From an uncultured Gammaproteobacteria bacterium (GTDB taxonomy: Bacteria; Pseudomonadota; Gammaproteobacteria; UBA9214), in NCBI GenBank assembly GCA_942491995.1, contig CALOCX010000017.1, positions 67,138 to 131,137 on the forward strand: 64,000 bases of DNA, in the 5' to 3' direction. The notes beneath the pieces are model-generated. The model saw only the letters and a list, made by a program, of their open reading frames with translations. It was not told where the DNA came from and did not search any database. The position numbers and the translations under genes are program-made. Of the stretch, positions 41,249 through 50,643 are shown piece after piece. How positions within the stretch are numbered: the stretch's first letter is position 1; the number at the start of each line of letters is the position of its first letter.

Positions 41249-41461
41249 ATGATCACCAAAATTATTATTGTCCTGTTCCTGCTGGGCATTGTCGGCAGCC
41301 TCTTCAGCGGCCTGTTTTTCCTGATGAAGGACAAGGGCACGTCAGAACGCACCGTGAGAGCCCTGACCGTGCGTGTGAGCCTGTCCGTGCTGCTGTTCAT
41401 CCTGCTGATGATCGGTTTCGCTACCGGGGTACTGCAACCCCACGGTGTTTATCCCGGCTAG
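41249..41461 (+). CDS. DUF2909-like twin-TM small protein (70 aa)
   Basis: MITKIIIVLFLLGIVGSLFSGLFFLMKDKG...LSVLLFILLMIGFATGVLQP. Typical cox-cluster companion on the opposite strand. ATG at 41249. Confidence 0.55.
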   Translation: MITKIIIVLFLLGIVGSLFSGLFFLMKDKGTSERTVRALTVRVSLSVLLFILLMIGFATGVLQPHGVYPG

Positions 41462-41507
41462 CGTAAAGCGTAACGCTCTTGCGGTAAAATCATCGCGGCG
41501 AGACGCC

Positions 41508-41540
41508 GCTCCTACAGGTGTAACAATTGGTGTAGGAGCG
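41508..41540. repeat. hairpin/inverted repeat GCTCCTACAggtggtaacaattggTGTAGGAGC
   Basis: 9-bp arms. Its CCTACAGG is the reverse complement of the CCTGTAGG at 41780-41787 that closes the tandem array. Confidence 0.5.
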
Positions 41541-41578
41541 CTTTGCATGCGCGTTTGATTCTACACATCCCTGGCAAG

Positions 41579-41786
41579 GCGCATCGCTCCCGCGCCTCCC
41601 TGCGCTCCACGATGTACCTACGTACCTTTGGCGCATCGCTCCCGCGCCTCCCTGCGCTCCACGATGTACCTACGTCCCTTTGGCGCATCGCTCCCGCGCC
41701 TCCCTGCGCTCCACGATGTACCTACGTCCCTTTGGCGCATCGCTCCCGCGCCTCCCTGCGCTCCACGATGTACCTACGTCCCTGTA
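41579..41786. repeat. 4 tandem copies of a 52-bp direct repeat
   Basis: Unit ggcgcatcgctcccgcgcctccctgcgctccacgatgtacctacgtcccttt begins at 41579, 41631, 41683 and 41735. Copy 1 has one substitution; copy 4 diverges at its 3' end. Confidence 0.9.
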
Positions 41787-41790
41787 GGCA

Positions 41791-41829
41791 AAAAAAAGGC
41801 GCCGCGATGAGCAGCGCCCGTTTTTTTTG
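41791..41829. terminator. bidirectional rho-independent terminator (A8-hairpin-T8)
   Basis: aaaaaaaa GGCGCCGC gatga GCAGCGCC cg tttttttt between the convergent DUF2909 (+) and coxC (-) genes. Confidence 0.7.
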
Positions 41830-41843
41830 TCAGCAACCGCCGT

Positions 41844-42707
41844 CTAGACCAGCCAGTAAACGAACACGAACAGACCCAGCCAGACGACGTCCACGAAGTG
41901 CCAGTACCAGGCCGCCGCCTCAAATGCAAAGTGATGCTCCTCGGTGAAGTGCCCCTTCATCGCGCGGATCATGACGACAAACAGCATGATGGCACCGAGT
42001 GTCACGTGCAGCCCGTGGAAGCCGGTCAGCATGTAAAAGGTCGTGCCGTACATGCCGGACGTCAGCTTCAGGTTAAGCTCGTGGTAGGCATGGTAGTACT
42101 CGTAGGCCTGCAAACTGATGAACAGGAAACCCAGGGCAACAGTGGCCATCAGTCCCAGTATCAACTGGGTACGATCGCCTTTTTTCAGGCCCCAGTGCGC
42201 CCAGGTTATCGTCACGCCACTGGAGAGCAGGATCAGGGTATTGATTGCCGGGATACCCCAGGCACCCATTGGCTGAAATGTGCCACCGACTTCACCCGGA
42301 CCGTTGGTCGGCCACACGGCCTCGAAAGCGGGCCACAGCAGCTCGTTGGTCATGACATTGTTGGAGCCGCCGCCGAGCCAGGGAATGGCCCACATGCGCG
42401 CATAGAACAGGGCGCCAAAGAATGCCGCGAAAAACATGACCTCGGAGAAGATAAACCAGCCCATCGCCATGCGGAATGAAGTATCCACCTGGTTGTTGTA
42501 TTTGCCACTCAGGCTTTCATTGATGACCGTACCGAACCAGCCGAACAGCATGAAAATGATGACCACGGCACCGGCAATCATGACAAGGCTGCTGCTGCCA
42601 TGCAGGAAACTGGCAAAGCCGAACAGCAACAAGAACATACCCACTGAGCCAACAATCGGCCAATGGCTGGGTGCTGGCAGGTAGTAACCCCCGTTAGATG
42701 ATGACAT
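41844..42707 (-). CDS. coxC: cytochrome c oxidase subunit III
   Basis: 287 aa, 7 TM, conserved HHFAFEAAAWYWHFVDVVWL C-terminus. Confidence 0.9.
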   Translation of the reverse strand: MSSSNGGYYLPAPSHWPIVGSVGMFLLLFGFASFLHGSSSLVMIAGAVVIIFMLFGWFGTVINESLSGKYNNQVDTSFRMAMGWFIFSEVMFFAAFFGALFYARMWAIPWLGGGSNNVMTNELLWPAFEAVWPTNGPGEVGGTFQPMGAWGIPAINTLILLSSGVTITWAHWGLKKGDRTQLILGLMATVALGFLFISLQAYEYYHAYHELNLKLTSGMYGTTFYMLTGFHGLHVTLGAIMLFVVMIRAMKGHFTEEHHFAFEAAAWYWHFVDVVWLGLFVFVYWLV

Positions 42708-42745
42708 TGATGACTCCCTTATTTATACGAATACACGTTTTCAAA

Positions 42746-43336
42746 TCACAAAATAGAATCAAGTGAACCTGATTCACTGGTATTTTCCTTATCCGCTGCG
42801 ACAGCCTCTGCCTGGAAGAAGGTGTAGGACAATGACACTGTCCGCACGTTTTCAGGTAAAGCCGGATCGACCACGAAGCGCAACGGCATCTCCTTGGCTT
42901 CTCCCGGGCCCAGCGACTGGCGGGTAAAACAGAAACACTCTGTCTTGTTAAAATATTTTGCCGCCAGCCCCGGTGCCAGACTCGGCACCGCCTGTCCGGC
43001 GACGATATTGTCTGTCTTGTTCATGGCGTAGTAATTCACCTCGGTCACTTCACCAGGGTGCACCTTGATCCTTCTGATCATCGGCCTGAATTCCCATGGC
43101 AGGTCACTGTGTACCGTACCAAGAAATTCCACCGTCACCAGCCGGTCTTCATCCACCGCCTGGCTCAGTGCCTCTTCCAGTTCGATGCGGCCGGTCTTGC
43201 CATTCAATCCGGTGATTTCGCAAAACACGTCATACAACGGCACCAGGGCGAAACCGAAACCAAACATCAGAACGGCAGCAATTCCCAGTCGTTTAACGAC
43301 CTTTTGGTTGGCTGCAGCACGATCAGTGGCGTTCAT
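42746..43336 (-). CDS. ctaG: cytochrome c oxidase assembly protein CtaG/Cox11
   Basis: N-terminal TM then LYDVFCEITGLNGKTG... Cox11 copper-chaperone domain. Confidence 0.85.
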   Translation of the reverse strand: MNATDRAAANQKVVKRLGIAAVLMFGFGFALVPLYDVFCEITGLNGKTGRIELEEALSQAVDEDRLVTVEFLGTVHSDLPWEFRPMIRRIKVHPGEVTEVNYYAMNKTDNIVAGQAVPSLAPGLAAKYFNKTECFCFTRQSLGPGEAKEMPLRFVVDPALPENVRTVSLSYTFFQAEAVAADKENTSESGSLDSIL

Positions 43337-43337
43337 A

Positions 43338-43457
43338 TCACCCAGTTACCACGAAAAAACTGGCGACGTAAAACGCCAGTGCCACCAGCACCAGCACGGC
43401 AATCGTCAGCGTCTTGCGGTTTGCTCGCTGAGTTGTTGTCTGATCCTGCTTTGCCAT
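43338..43457 (-). CDS. small single-TM protein (39 aa) between coxA and ctaG
   Basis: MAKQDQTTTQRANRKTLTIAVLVLVALAFYVASFFVVTG. Stop is 1 nt before the ctaG ATG. Frame set by hand. Confidence 0.35.
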   Translation of the reverse strand: MAKQDQTTTQRANRKTLTIAVLVLVALAFYVASFFVVTG

Positions 43458-43509
43458 TAAATTCAACCCTGAATTCCGCACGGGCCACAGGGCCCGTGCC
43501 TGTTCTGAA

Positions 43510-45090
43510 TTACCTGACTTCCGGTGCTGTCTCGAAAGTGTGATACGGCGCCGGTGACGGTACTGTCCATTCCAGGCCATGCGCACCTTCCCAGACCTGG
43601 TCGGTGGCCGCCTTGCCGCCACGGATAGTCTTGATAATGACATAGATAAAGAACACCTGTGCCAGTCCGAAGGCGAAGCCGCCAATACTGGAGACCATGT
43701 TCCAGTCGGCAAACTGCAGCGAGTAATCCGGGATGCGGCGTGGCATGCCGGCCAGGCCGATGAAGTGCTGCGGGAAAAACAGCACGTTCACGGAAATCAC
43801 CGACCACCAGAAGTGAATTTTGCCGAGGCGCTCATCTACCATGTGGCCGGTCCACTTCGGTGCCCAGTAGTAGAAGGCGGCAATGATCGAGAACAGCGCG
43901 CCGGTTACCAGCACGTAGTGGAAATGCGCGACAATGAAGTAGGTATCGTGGTACTGCATGTCAGCCGGTGCAATACCCATCATCAGACCGGTGAAGCCGC
44001 CGATGGTGAACAGGAATACAAAGGCAACCGCCCACAGCATCGGGGTCTCGAAGGTCATGGATCCCTTCCACATGGTGGCCGTCCAGTTGAAGACCTTCAC
44101 GGCGGTGGGCACAGCAATCATGATGGTGGCATACATGAAGTACAGCTCACCGGCCACCGGCATGCCGGTGGTAAACATGTGGTGCGCGTACACGATGAAT
44201 GACAGGAACGCGATGGAGGCCGTTGCATACACCATGGAGCTGTAGCCGAACAGTTTCTTGCGTGCGAACGTCGGGATGATCTCGGAGATCACGCCAAACG
44301 CCGGCAGGATCATGATGTACACCTCCGGATGGCCGAAGAACCAGAACACGTGCTGGAACAGCACCGGATCGCCGCCGCCGGCCGCATCGAAGAAGCTGGT
44401 GCCGAAGTTGCGGTCGGTCAGCATCATGGTCACTGCACCCGCCAGTACCGGCATGACGGCAATCAGCAGGAAGGCAGTAATGAACCAGGTCCACACGAAC
44501 AGCGGCATCTTCATCAGGGTCATGCCCGGTGCACGCATGTTCAGCACGGTGGCAATGATATTGATGGCGCCCATGATGGAGGAGAAACCCAGCATGTGCA
44601 CCGCGAAAATAAAGAAGTCGGTGCTCGCCGGTGCAAAGGTGGTCGACAGCGGTGCATAGAAGGTCCAGCCAAATGCCGGACCGCCGCCTTCCATGAACAG
44701 GGTACTGAGCAGCATGGTGCCGGCGAACGGCAGGATCCAGAAACTCCAGTTATTCATACGCGGCAGGGCCATGTCCGGCGCACCGATCATCAGCGGAATC
44801 TGCCAGTTGGCCAACCCCACCATGCCCGGCATGATGGCGCCGAACACCATGATCAGGCCATGCATGGTGGTCATGGTGTTAAAGAAGTTCGGGTCAACGA
44901 CCTGCAGGCCCGGCTGGAACAGCTCGGCACGGATGACCATGGCCATGGCTCCGCCGATCAGCAGCATAATGAAGGCGAACCACAGGTACAGGGTACCGAT
45001 ATCCTTGTGGTTGGTGGTCGTGACCCAGCGCATCAGGCCGCTGGGTGCACCGTGATCGTGGTGCTCGTCGTGTGTGGTTGCTGTACTCAT
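43510..45090 (-). CDS. coxA: cytochrome c oxidase subunit I
   Basis: 526 aa, 12 TM, heme-copper signatures (GHPEVYI, HHMF...). ATG at 45090 after GGAGAG; the track ORF has a 32-codon upstream extension. Confidence 0.95.
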   Translation of the reverse strand: MSTATTHDEHHDHGAPSGLMRWVTTTNHKDIGTLYLWFAFIMLLIGGAMAMVIRAELFQPGLQVVDPNFFNTMTTMHGLIMVFGAIMPGMVGLANWQIPLMIGAPDMALPRMNNWSFWILPFAGTMLLSTLFMEGGGPAFGWTFYAPLSTTFAPASTDFFIFAVHMLGFSSIMGAINIIATVLNMRAPGMTLMKMPLFVWTWFITAFLLIAVMPVLAGAVTMMLTDRNFGTSFFDAAGGGDPVLFQHVFWFFGHPEVYIMILPAFGVISEIIPTFARKKLFGYSSMVYATASIAFLSFIVYAHHMFTTGMPVAGELYFMYATIMIAVPTAVKVFNWTATMWKGSMTFETPMLWAVAFVFLFTIGGFTGLMMGIAPADMQYHDTYFIVAHFHYVLVTGALFSIIAAFYYWAPKWTGHMVDERLGKIHFWWSVISVNVLFFPQHFIGLAGMPRRIPDYSLQFADWNMVSSIGGFAFGLAQVFFIYVIIKTIRGGKAATDQVWEGAHGLEWTVPSPAPYHTFETAPEVR

Positions 45091-45124
45091 TGCATCATCT
45101 CTCCACTTGGTATCCTGAATTTTA

Positions 45125-46258
45125 TTACTTGGCTGCGGTAATGTCGGCTGGCTGAACCATGTCACCTGTGTCATTGCCGAAGGCATTACGCTGGTAGGTG
45201 ATCACGGCTGCCAGGTCAACAGCGCTGAGTTGCTCGCCGAAGGCCTGCATGGCGGTACCGGCGACGCCGTTTACACCGATGTCGATATGCTTGGCTACGT
45301 CACCGGTGGCAACTGCACTGCCGGCAATACCCGGGAACACGCCCGGGATACCCTGACCATTGGCCTGGTGGCAGGCGGCACAGTTGGCATTGTATGCAGC
45401 CTCGCCCTTCGCCATCAGCTCGTCCATGGTGAGTGTCCGGGTAGCATCACCGGCGGCAGCCTCGGCGGCACTCTTTTGCTCGGCAACCCAGGCGGCGTAA
45501 TCCTCCTCCGTCTTGGCAATCAGCACGATGGGCATGAAGCCATGGTCCTTGCCGCAGAGTTCGGCACACTTGCCGCGGTAGGTACCCGGCTCCTTCAGCT
45601 CGGTCCAGGCGTCGTTGATAAAGCCCGGCACGGCATCCTGTTTCCAGCCCAGGTCCGGCACCCACCAGGAGTGGATGACATCGTTGGAGGTAATAAGAAA
45701 GCGGATCTTCTTGTTGATTGGAACAACAATCGGGTTGTCAACTTCCAGTAGATAGGTGTCATCTTTCGGTGCATCGCCCTCGATCTGGTCACGTGGCGTG
45801 GTCAGGACACTGAAAAAACTGATGCCCTCATCAAGGTAGTCGTATTTCCACTTCCACTGGTAGCCGGTGACCTGGATGGACATATCCGCATCACGGGTAT
45901 CCTCGAGCGCCAGCAGTGTAGTGGTCGCCGGTACCGCCATGGCAACCAGCACCAGAAACGGGATCGTGGTCCAGATGATCTCGACGGTGGTGCTCTCATG
46001 GAAAGTGGCCGGTACCGCACCCTTGGACTTGCGATGCGTAAAAATGGAGTAAATCAGAACCGCGAATACTGCGATACACGCGATGACACAGATCCAGAAG
46101 ATCAGCATGTGCAGGTCGAAGACCTTCTGGCTGATAGCAGTAACGCCTTCCCTGAGGTTCAGGGTATCGGAAAAACCTGCAAAGGCATTGCCTGCGCCCA
46201 GCAGAAGCACCGCGCCCCAGATGACGCTCAAGGTGCGCCCTAGTGTTTTAGCAAACAT
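45125..46258 (-). CDS. coxB: cytochrome c oxidase subunit II with fused C-terminal cytochrome c domain (caa3-type)
   Basis: Signal peptide plus 2 TM. CuA site CAELCGKDHGFM. C-terminal CAACH heme-c motif. Confidence 0.9.
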   Translation of the reverse strand: MFAKTLGRTLSVIWGAVLLLGAGNAFAGFSDTLNLREGVTAISQKVFDLHMLIFWICVIACIAVFAVLIYSIFTHRKSKGAVPATFHESTTVEIIWTTIPFLVLVAMAVPATTTLLALEDTRDADMSIQVTGYQWKWKYDYLDEGISFFSVLTTPRDQIEGDAPKDDTYLLEVDNPIVVPINKKIRFLITSNDVIHSWWVPDLGWKQDAVPGFINDAWTELKEPGTYRGKCAELCGKDHGFMPIVLIAKTEEDYAAWVAEQKSAAEAAAGDATRTLTMDELMAKGEAAYNANCAACHQANGQGIPGVFPGIAGSAVATGDVAKHIDIGVNGVAGTAMQAFGEQLSAVDLAAVITYQRNAFGNDTGDMVQPADITAAK

Positions 46259-46322
46259 GCATCAATCTCCCTCACACAAAGTTTATAATACTTAAAATTC
46301 GTTTCGCGCTTCCTGACCGCAT

Positions 46323-46823
46323 TTACCCGTCACCGTGATGCCAGCCGCTGCTGTGAAGAACCTGCTGCAATTCGTCTGCCAGCACACCGCGTTCTTCTTC
46401 ATTCAGAAACTGCCCGATCTCGACTCGCCGCCCCTGGAAAGCCACCGTCAAGCGCCTCGGGTACCAGGCGATCGGTGCACGCTCCAGCACAACCCGTGCC
46501 CATGCGCGTGGGCATTCCCAGCGTTGCTGTGGCTGCTGGCGCCCCTTTTCCACACGGACAACCTCGGTACCGACAGTGACCACTTCACGCAGCTGACTGC
46601 GCGACAGGCAACGGTAAAAGGCAATCCCCAGTACAATGACCTCCAGACCGGCAAATGGCAGCACCGGCCAGTATCCAAGCAGTGCGAAAAAGACACCTAT
46701 GCCCAGACAACACAAGGCAATCGCCGTGTAAATCCTTACCGCAGCGCGCCATGACAGGGACTGGTTTGGTCGAATCACCCAGTGACAGTCAAGTCCCGAT
46801 GGTTTACATACCCGTTCTAGCAC
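46323..46823 (-). CDS. DUF2244-like membrane protein upstream of coxB (non-ATG start)
   Basis: Two TM (IYTAIALCCLGIGVFFALLGYWPVLPFAGLEVIVLGIAF). No internal Met anywhere in the frame, so it must use a GTG/TTG start; the 5' end is uncertain. Confidence 0.45.
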   Translation of the reverse strand: MLERVCKPSGLDCHWVIRPNQSLSWRAAVRIYTAIALCCLGIGVFFALLGYWPVLPFAGLEVIVLGIAFYRCLSRSQLREVVTVGTEVVRVEKGRQQPQQRWECPRAWARVVLERAPIAWYPRRLTVAFQGRRVEIGQFLNEEERGVLADELQQVLHSSGWHHGDG

Positions 46824-47000
46824 TGCTTGTTAATCGCACCTTGCTCGTGGTCTACCAGCTAACTGGACGCACAAACCGCCCCCTATAACCCGATCCACTT
46901 AATCACAAATTCAGGTTTTCTGGTGCGACAAAGTGTCGCGCATTGTATATGCAGGTTCTCCAAGTTTCAATTGAGAACACGAAGCAATGACTTTTTAAAT

Positions 47001-47690
47001 TCAGCCATTCCTCAGCGGCGGCAGCGACAGCTTTTCCGCCACTGCCCTGGCGCTGAACCCCTGAAATTCCGGTAGCACACCCAGAAGCGGCGCGGAAATT
47101 CTTGATTCCAATGTAGAAATATTCTCCTCCGCAGACCCGTACAGCGGCGGCAAGAGATTCGCCACCCAGCCAGCCAGCGTGCAGCCCGCCGCCGTGATGG
47201 CGGCGGCCGTCAGCAGGGCATGGTTCAGGCAACCAAGGCGGATCGCCACGACCATGATGATGTCCAGCCCCAGCTGCCGCGCCAGATCAGCCAGCGTCTC
47301 GTTCTCGTTCAGCGGCACCAGCCAGCCACCTGCCCCTTCAACCAGCATACAATCGACAGAATTTTCTATGTTATTGTATTTATTTATTATTTTTACAGTT
47401 TCAATGATGATACCGGCCTGTTTCGCGGCAATATGCGGCGCAATGGCCGGCCCGAAGGCATAGGGATTCACCTGGTCATATGCCAGCATCACAGAGGCCT
47501 GCTGTTGCAGCAGCAGTGCATCGGCATTGCGCATCCCGGCTGCATGATGTTCGCACCCGGATGCCAGCGGCTTCATGGCAGCAACGGAGTGCCCCTGCGC
47601 CTGCAGGCATTGCATCAGGCCCAGCGTCACCACGGTCTTGCCGACCCCGGTATCGGTACCGGTGACAAAGTAACCGCAGCGATCACTCAT
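47001..47690 (-). CDS. bioD: dethiobiotin synthetase
   Basis: MSDRCGYFVTGTDTGVGKTVVTLGL... P-loop. ATG at 47690; the track ORF has a 41-codon upstream extension. Confidence 0.85.
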   Translation of the reverse strand: MSDRCGYFVTGTDTGVGKTVVTLGLMQCLQAQGHSVAAMKPLASGCEHHAAGMRNADALLLQQQASVMLAYDQVNPYAFGPAIAPHIAAKQAGIIIETVKIINKYNNIENSVDCMLVEGAGGWLVPLNENETLADLARQLGLDIIMVVAIRLGCLNHALLTAAAITAAGCTLAGWVANLLPPLYGSAEENISTLESRISAPLLGVLPEFQGFSARAVAEKLSLPPLRNG

Positions 47691-48552
47691 GACCGGGACG
47701 CTGCAGGCTGGCGAGCGGCACTTCATTGCTGGAGCCGGCCGCCTGTTTGTTCGACGGTGACCATGCATGCCCATAGACCACCTCATAACTGGCCGGTAGT
47801 ACACCATCGGCACGGTAGCGCTCGTAGGCCTCGGCCATGCGCTGCATGCGCTGCCGGCCAGTCAGCCCACCTGGCCGACCCAGGGTGACATTATGCGCAC
47901 CGATCTGTTTCAGCTCCTTCATCAGGGTACGCAATTCCCGGTAGGTAACGGTGATGCGCTCTGCATCCATCACCGGCTCCGCCCAGCGGGTAGTTACCAG
48001 GGAATCACCGACATCGTGCATGTCAATAAATGTATTAACATGGCTGTAACCGTCAGCCGCCTCCCAGCTGGCACGCAACTCCATCAGGGTGTCCGGCCCG
48101 AAGGTGGTAAACATCAACAATCCACCCGGGGCCAGCACCCGCCGCAACTCCGTGAAGGTCGTCTCGAGATCGAGGCACCACTGCAGCATCAGGTTTGAAA
48201 AAACAAGATCAAAGCTGTCATCCGCAAACGGCAGTGACTCGCCATCCGCGCACACGCAACGCGGTTTCCGAAACCAGCCACCCCGCGACTGCACCTGCTG
48301 CAGCATGTTCTCGGCAATATCCAGCGCCACGACATCCGCCTTGCGATAACGCTTCAGCAACGCATCGCTGAAAAAACCGGTGCCCGCACCCAGGTCGAGG
48401 ATACGTGCCGGCTGCAGCCGGACGTAGTCAAGCCGCTCGATGAGGCGATCACCGATCTCGTTTTGCAACTCGGCCACGGCATCATAGGTGGTCGCTGCCT
48501 TGTTGAAGGCGCGGCGCGCCTGTTGCTTGTCGATGCTATTTTTTTCAGCCAT
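47683..48552 (-). CDS. bioC: malonyl-ACP O-methyltransferase
   Basis: SAM-MTase motif ILDLGAGTG. BioC N-terminus FNKAATTYD. Overlaps bioD by 8 bp. Confidence 0.85.
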   Translation of the reverse strand: MAEKNSIDKQQARRAFNKAATTYDAVAELQNEIGDRLIERLDYVRLQPARILDLGAGTGFFSDALLKRYRKADVVALDIAENMLQQVQSRGGWFRKPRCVCADGESLPFADDSFDLVFSNLMLQWCLDLETTFTELRRVLAPGGLLMFTTFGPDTLMELRASWEAADGYSHVNTFIDMHDVGDSLVTTRWAEPVMDAERITVTYRELRTLMKELKQIGAHNVTLGRPGGLTGRQRMQRMAEAYERYRADGVLPASYEVVYGHAWSPSNKQAAGSSNEVPLASLQRPGHE

Positions 48553-48641
48553 AAGCTTTAAAAACCTGAATATATTCCTGCCGGAGCGGCGTCCCCGCCG
48601 CGATTCACTGCAAGAAAGACAATCGCGCCGGGGACGGCGTT

Positions 48642-49412
48642 CTACAATAAAAAACGGTTGATCCGATCAGCAACCGTTTCGGGCGCGGCCAGAAACGGTG
48701 CATGTCCGGCGCCATCGATCACCTCGAGCCGTGCATCACGACACAGGTCCAGCGTTTCTCTGCCGGCATTCACCGGCACCAGCGTATCCCGTTCGCCCAT
48801 GATCACCAGCATCGGACAATCGATGGCCTGCATACCCGGGCGCAAATCGGTTGCGCGCAACATCTCCAGTCCGGCAGCCAGCGCGGCCGGTTGCGGCGCG
48901 CCCTGCGCAAGCAGGGTCGTGCGCAGCATCTTCAGCACGGCAGAAGCATGCTCGCTGCCGCGCACCTGTAACGACAGAAACCGGGTCAGCGTACGTTCGA
49001 AATCCTCGGCCAGTTCGGCTGAAAAATTCTCCAGCAAAGACGGCAGCATTGCAGTTTGCCAACCCGGCTTGCGTACAAAGCAGGGGCTGCTGGCGATCGT
49101 CAGCAGCGCGGCAACCCTCTCCGGCGCCAGCATGGCTGCCCGGCTTGCCAGCAGCCCGCCCAGTGACCATCCCAGCCAGGCAGCAGGCGCCGGCACCACA
49201 GTCAGCACCGCAGCGACCCACTCATCCAGCGACGTCGCACCCCGCCAGTCACTGCGACCATGACCGGGCAGGTCAACGCGCGTGACCCGAAAGTTTGCTT
49301 CCAGCAGGGGTGCGAATGTATCCCAGATACCACTGTGCAAACCCCAGCCGTGAATCATAACCAACTCGGGTCCGCTGCCAGTTGTTTCTGTGTAGAGATT
49401 CACTGCCAGCAC
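48642..49412 (-). CDS. bioH: pimeloyl-ACP methyl ester esterase
   Basis: alpha/beta hydrolase with LVMIHGWGLHSGIW and a nucleophile elbow GWSLGG. GTG start around 49412, 10 nt after the bioF stop; a 49403 alternative exists. Confidence 0.75.
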   Translation of the reverse strand: MLAVNLYTETTGSGPELVMIHGWGLHSGIWDTFAPLLEANFRVTRVDLPGHGRSDWRGATSLDEWVAAVLTVVPAPAAWLGWSLGGLLASRAAMLAPERVAALLTIASSPCFVRKPGWQTAMLPSLLENFSAELAEDFERTLTRFLSLQVRGSEHASAVLKMLRTTLLAQGAPQPAALAAGLEMLRATDLRPGMQAIDCPMLVIMGERDTLVPVNAGRETLDLCRDARLEVIDGAGHAPFLAAPETVADRINRFLL

Positions 49413-49422
49413 CTGCTCACTA

Positions 49423-50580
49423 TCAGACCACCATGGCCGCAGCCGCCAGCGCAGCCAGCAACTGTTGCACCTGCGCCTCGCTATGCGCCGCCGAAAACGT
49501 GATGCGCAACCGTGACGAACCTTCGGCAACCGTGGGTGGACGGATTGCGCTGATCAATATCCCTCGATCCCGCAAGGCCTGGCTCAGTTGCAGTGCCCGT
49601 CCGGCAGCGCCTACGAGCAACGGCTGAATCGGCGTCTGCGAATCACATAACGTCAACCCCAGTTGCCTGGCGCCGCTGCGAAAGACCCTGATCAGCCCTT
49701 GCAGGTGCTCGCGCCGCCAGTCATCTTCCCTGACCCGTTGCAGGGCCGCACGGGTCGCACAGGCCACCGCGGGGGGTGGCGCCGTCGTGTATATATAAGT
49801 ACGCGCCTGCTGAATCAGCGTTTCAATCAGGTCATCACTGCCGGCAACAAAGGCGCCAAAGGTACCGAACGCCTTGCCCAGCGTCCCCATGAGGATGGGC
49901 ACCTCGCTGACCCCGAGGCCCGCCTGCACAACACTGCCGCGACCCTGTGGACCCAGCACACCCAGACCATGCGCATCGTCCACCAGCACCCAGGCATGAT
50001 GCTGTGCAGCGACAGCGGACAAGTCTGCCAGCGGTGCCATATCGCCATCCATACTGAAGACGCCATCGGTGGCCACCAGGGTTTCACACGCGGGGGAAGC
50101 GGCCAGCCGCGATGCCAGCGCGAGCGCATCATTGTGTTCATAACGAAGCAGCCGGGCACGACTCAGGCGCGCCGCATCCAGCAGCGAGGCATGATTCAGG
50201 CGATCCTCGAAGACACGGTCACCGCGTCCCAGCAGCGCTGCCATCACACCGAGGTTGGCACTGTAGCCGGTCGAAAACAGCAGTGCCCGTGGCCGCTGCA
50301 CAAAATCAGCGAGTTCCTCTTCGAGCGCATGATGTGCGCGGCTGTGGCCGGTGATCAGGTGTGCCGCACCACTGCCGCAGCCAAACTCATCTATACCACG
50401 GTGGAAGGCGCTGACGACATCCTGATGATTGGCAAGCCCCAGGTAGTCGTTACTGCAGAATGACAGGTAGTCCCTGCCATCCACGCGAAGCGTGACACCC
50501 TGCGGACCATCGATGATCAGCCGTTCGCGATACAGCTGATGATCCCTGCGCGCCTGCAGTTGTGTGGCAAGGTTTTTCAT
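49423..50580 (-). CDS. bioF: 8-amino-7-oxononanoate synthase
   Basis: PLP-dependent AOS with a SxSKxxG-type lysine region TLGKAFG. Position in the bioBFHCD operon. Confidence 0.9.
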   Translation of the reverse strand: MKNLATQLQARRDHQLYRERLIIDGPQGVTLRVDGRDYLSFCSNDYLGLANHQDVVSAFHRGIDEFGCGSGAAHLITGHSRAHHALEEELADFVQRPRALLFSTGYSANLGVMAALLGRGDRVFEDRLNHASLLDAARLSRARLLRYEHNDALALASRLAASPACETLVATDGVFSMDGDMAPLADLSAVAAQHHAWVLVDDAHGLGVLGPQGRGSVVQAGLGVSEVPILMGTLGKAFGTFGAFVAGSDDLIETLIQQARTYIYTTAPPPAVACATRAALQRVREDDWRREHLQGLIRVFRSGARQLGLTLCDSQTPIQPLLVGAAGRALQLSQALRDRGILISAIRPPTVAEGSSRLRITFSAAHSEAQVQQLLAALAAAAMVV

Positions 50581-50643
50581 ATCCGGAATAAAACAAAACT
50601 GCGGGAATTTTTATGCCATTTCCAGCCGATATTCCCGATGCAA

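Noticed and set aside
41579-41786. Possible CRISPR array
   Set aside because: Repeats are directly abutting with no spacers, and the 52-bp unit has no CRISPR-like palindrome. It is a simple tandem repeat.
41543-41947. ORFs of 134 aa (41543-41947 +) and 60 aa (41628-41810 +) with repetitive HRSRASLRSTMYLR translation
   Set aside because: Pure artefacts of translating the 52-bp tandem repeats. They cross a strong terminator and have no RBS.
44329-45141. 270-aa ORF on the + strand (His/Gly-rich)
   Set aside because: Antisense to coxA, which is unambiguous.
46919-46975. Palindromes GCGACActtTGTCGC and GTTCTC-N12-GAGAAC upstream of the DUF2244-coxB operon (possible regulator boxes or bio operator)
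   Set aside because: Neither matches the BirA bioO or FNR/ANR consensus that I can recall. No U-tract for a terminator. Left as unassigned.
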